Shown here: piece after piece, positions 63,620 to 64,000 of the stretch
How the letters are laid out: each line of letters opens with the position of its first letter
Position numbering within the stretch: position 1 is the stretch's first letter
Assembly (NCBI GenBank): GCA_030390025.1
Contig: CM059425.1
Location: forward strand, 53,134,001 to 53,198,000
Length of the DNA stretch: 64,000 nucleotides
From: Squalus acanthias
Lineage: Eukaryota
Direction: 5' to 3'
Notes under the pieces: generated by a model
Databases searched by the model: none
Told to the model about the DNA's origin: nothing
What the model saw: only the letters and a program-made list of their open reading frames with translations
Position numbers and translations under genes: made by a program

Positions 63620-64000
63620 TTCCTCTTTCCTCTCCTGAACGCATTGCCTACTCGCTGGAATACAGTTCAATGGGCACCAGACACCCTCTGGGACCTAATC
63701 TAAGTGGCCATTATTAATTTGTGAGCTTCAACAATTAATGCTAGCAAGCTATTCAACTGCAGTGGGGAAGGGGGCACTACACCCAATCCAATCTTGTCCT
63801 CATTGACAACCATGCACATAGAATTCCAACAAAAGTCACTGCACAGCTATGGTTAATTTTCTCCTTCCTAACCTATGGCCGTGAAGGCCTCTCTCACCAT
63901 TCTGATTTAGATCAGCTAGCTGAGCACAGACTGGGGAATCAAACTTGTATTTACTTCCTGATCTGTATGGTGCTGCTACTACTGGATAAACTTCCTGAGC
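63620..64000 (-). mobile_element. AmnSINE2-like SINE
   Basis: AAGTGGCCATT..TGTGAGC..CAAGCTATTCAAC..TTGTCCTCA..GATCAGCTAGCTGAGCACAGAC.GGGAATCAAAC. Confidence 0.62.

Noticed and set aside
5800-64000. Exons of a syntenic neighbour such as LRRC74A
   Set aside because: No leucine-rich-repeat or EF-hand coding exon was recognisable; short exons could have been missed by eye.

Overview
Eukaryotic vertebrate DNA, most likely from a shark or other cartilaginous fish (inferred from its CR1/L2 LINEs, SacSINE1-type Deu-SINEs and Harbinger-type elements). There is one confident protein-coding gene: intronless IRF2BPL (2939-4924, +), inside a CpG island with CRE/E-box/GC-box promoter motifs and an AU-rich 3' UTR. 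The remaining ~58 kb is a gene desert. It is nearly free of recognisable repeats to ~17.6 kb, then increasingly filled with nested LINEs, SINEs and non-autonomous DNA transposons. I found no clear novel multi-gene system. The best second-look items are a ~270-bp fold-back palindrome at 11.2-11.4 kb, an AT-flanked MITE family with covarying subterminal hairpins, a Harbinger relic inside one copy of a local duplication, and LF-SINE-like and AmnSINE2-like elements. Repeat family names come from recalled consensus motifs, not database searches.
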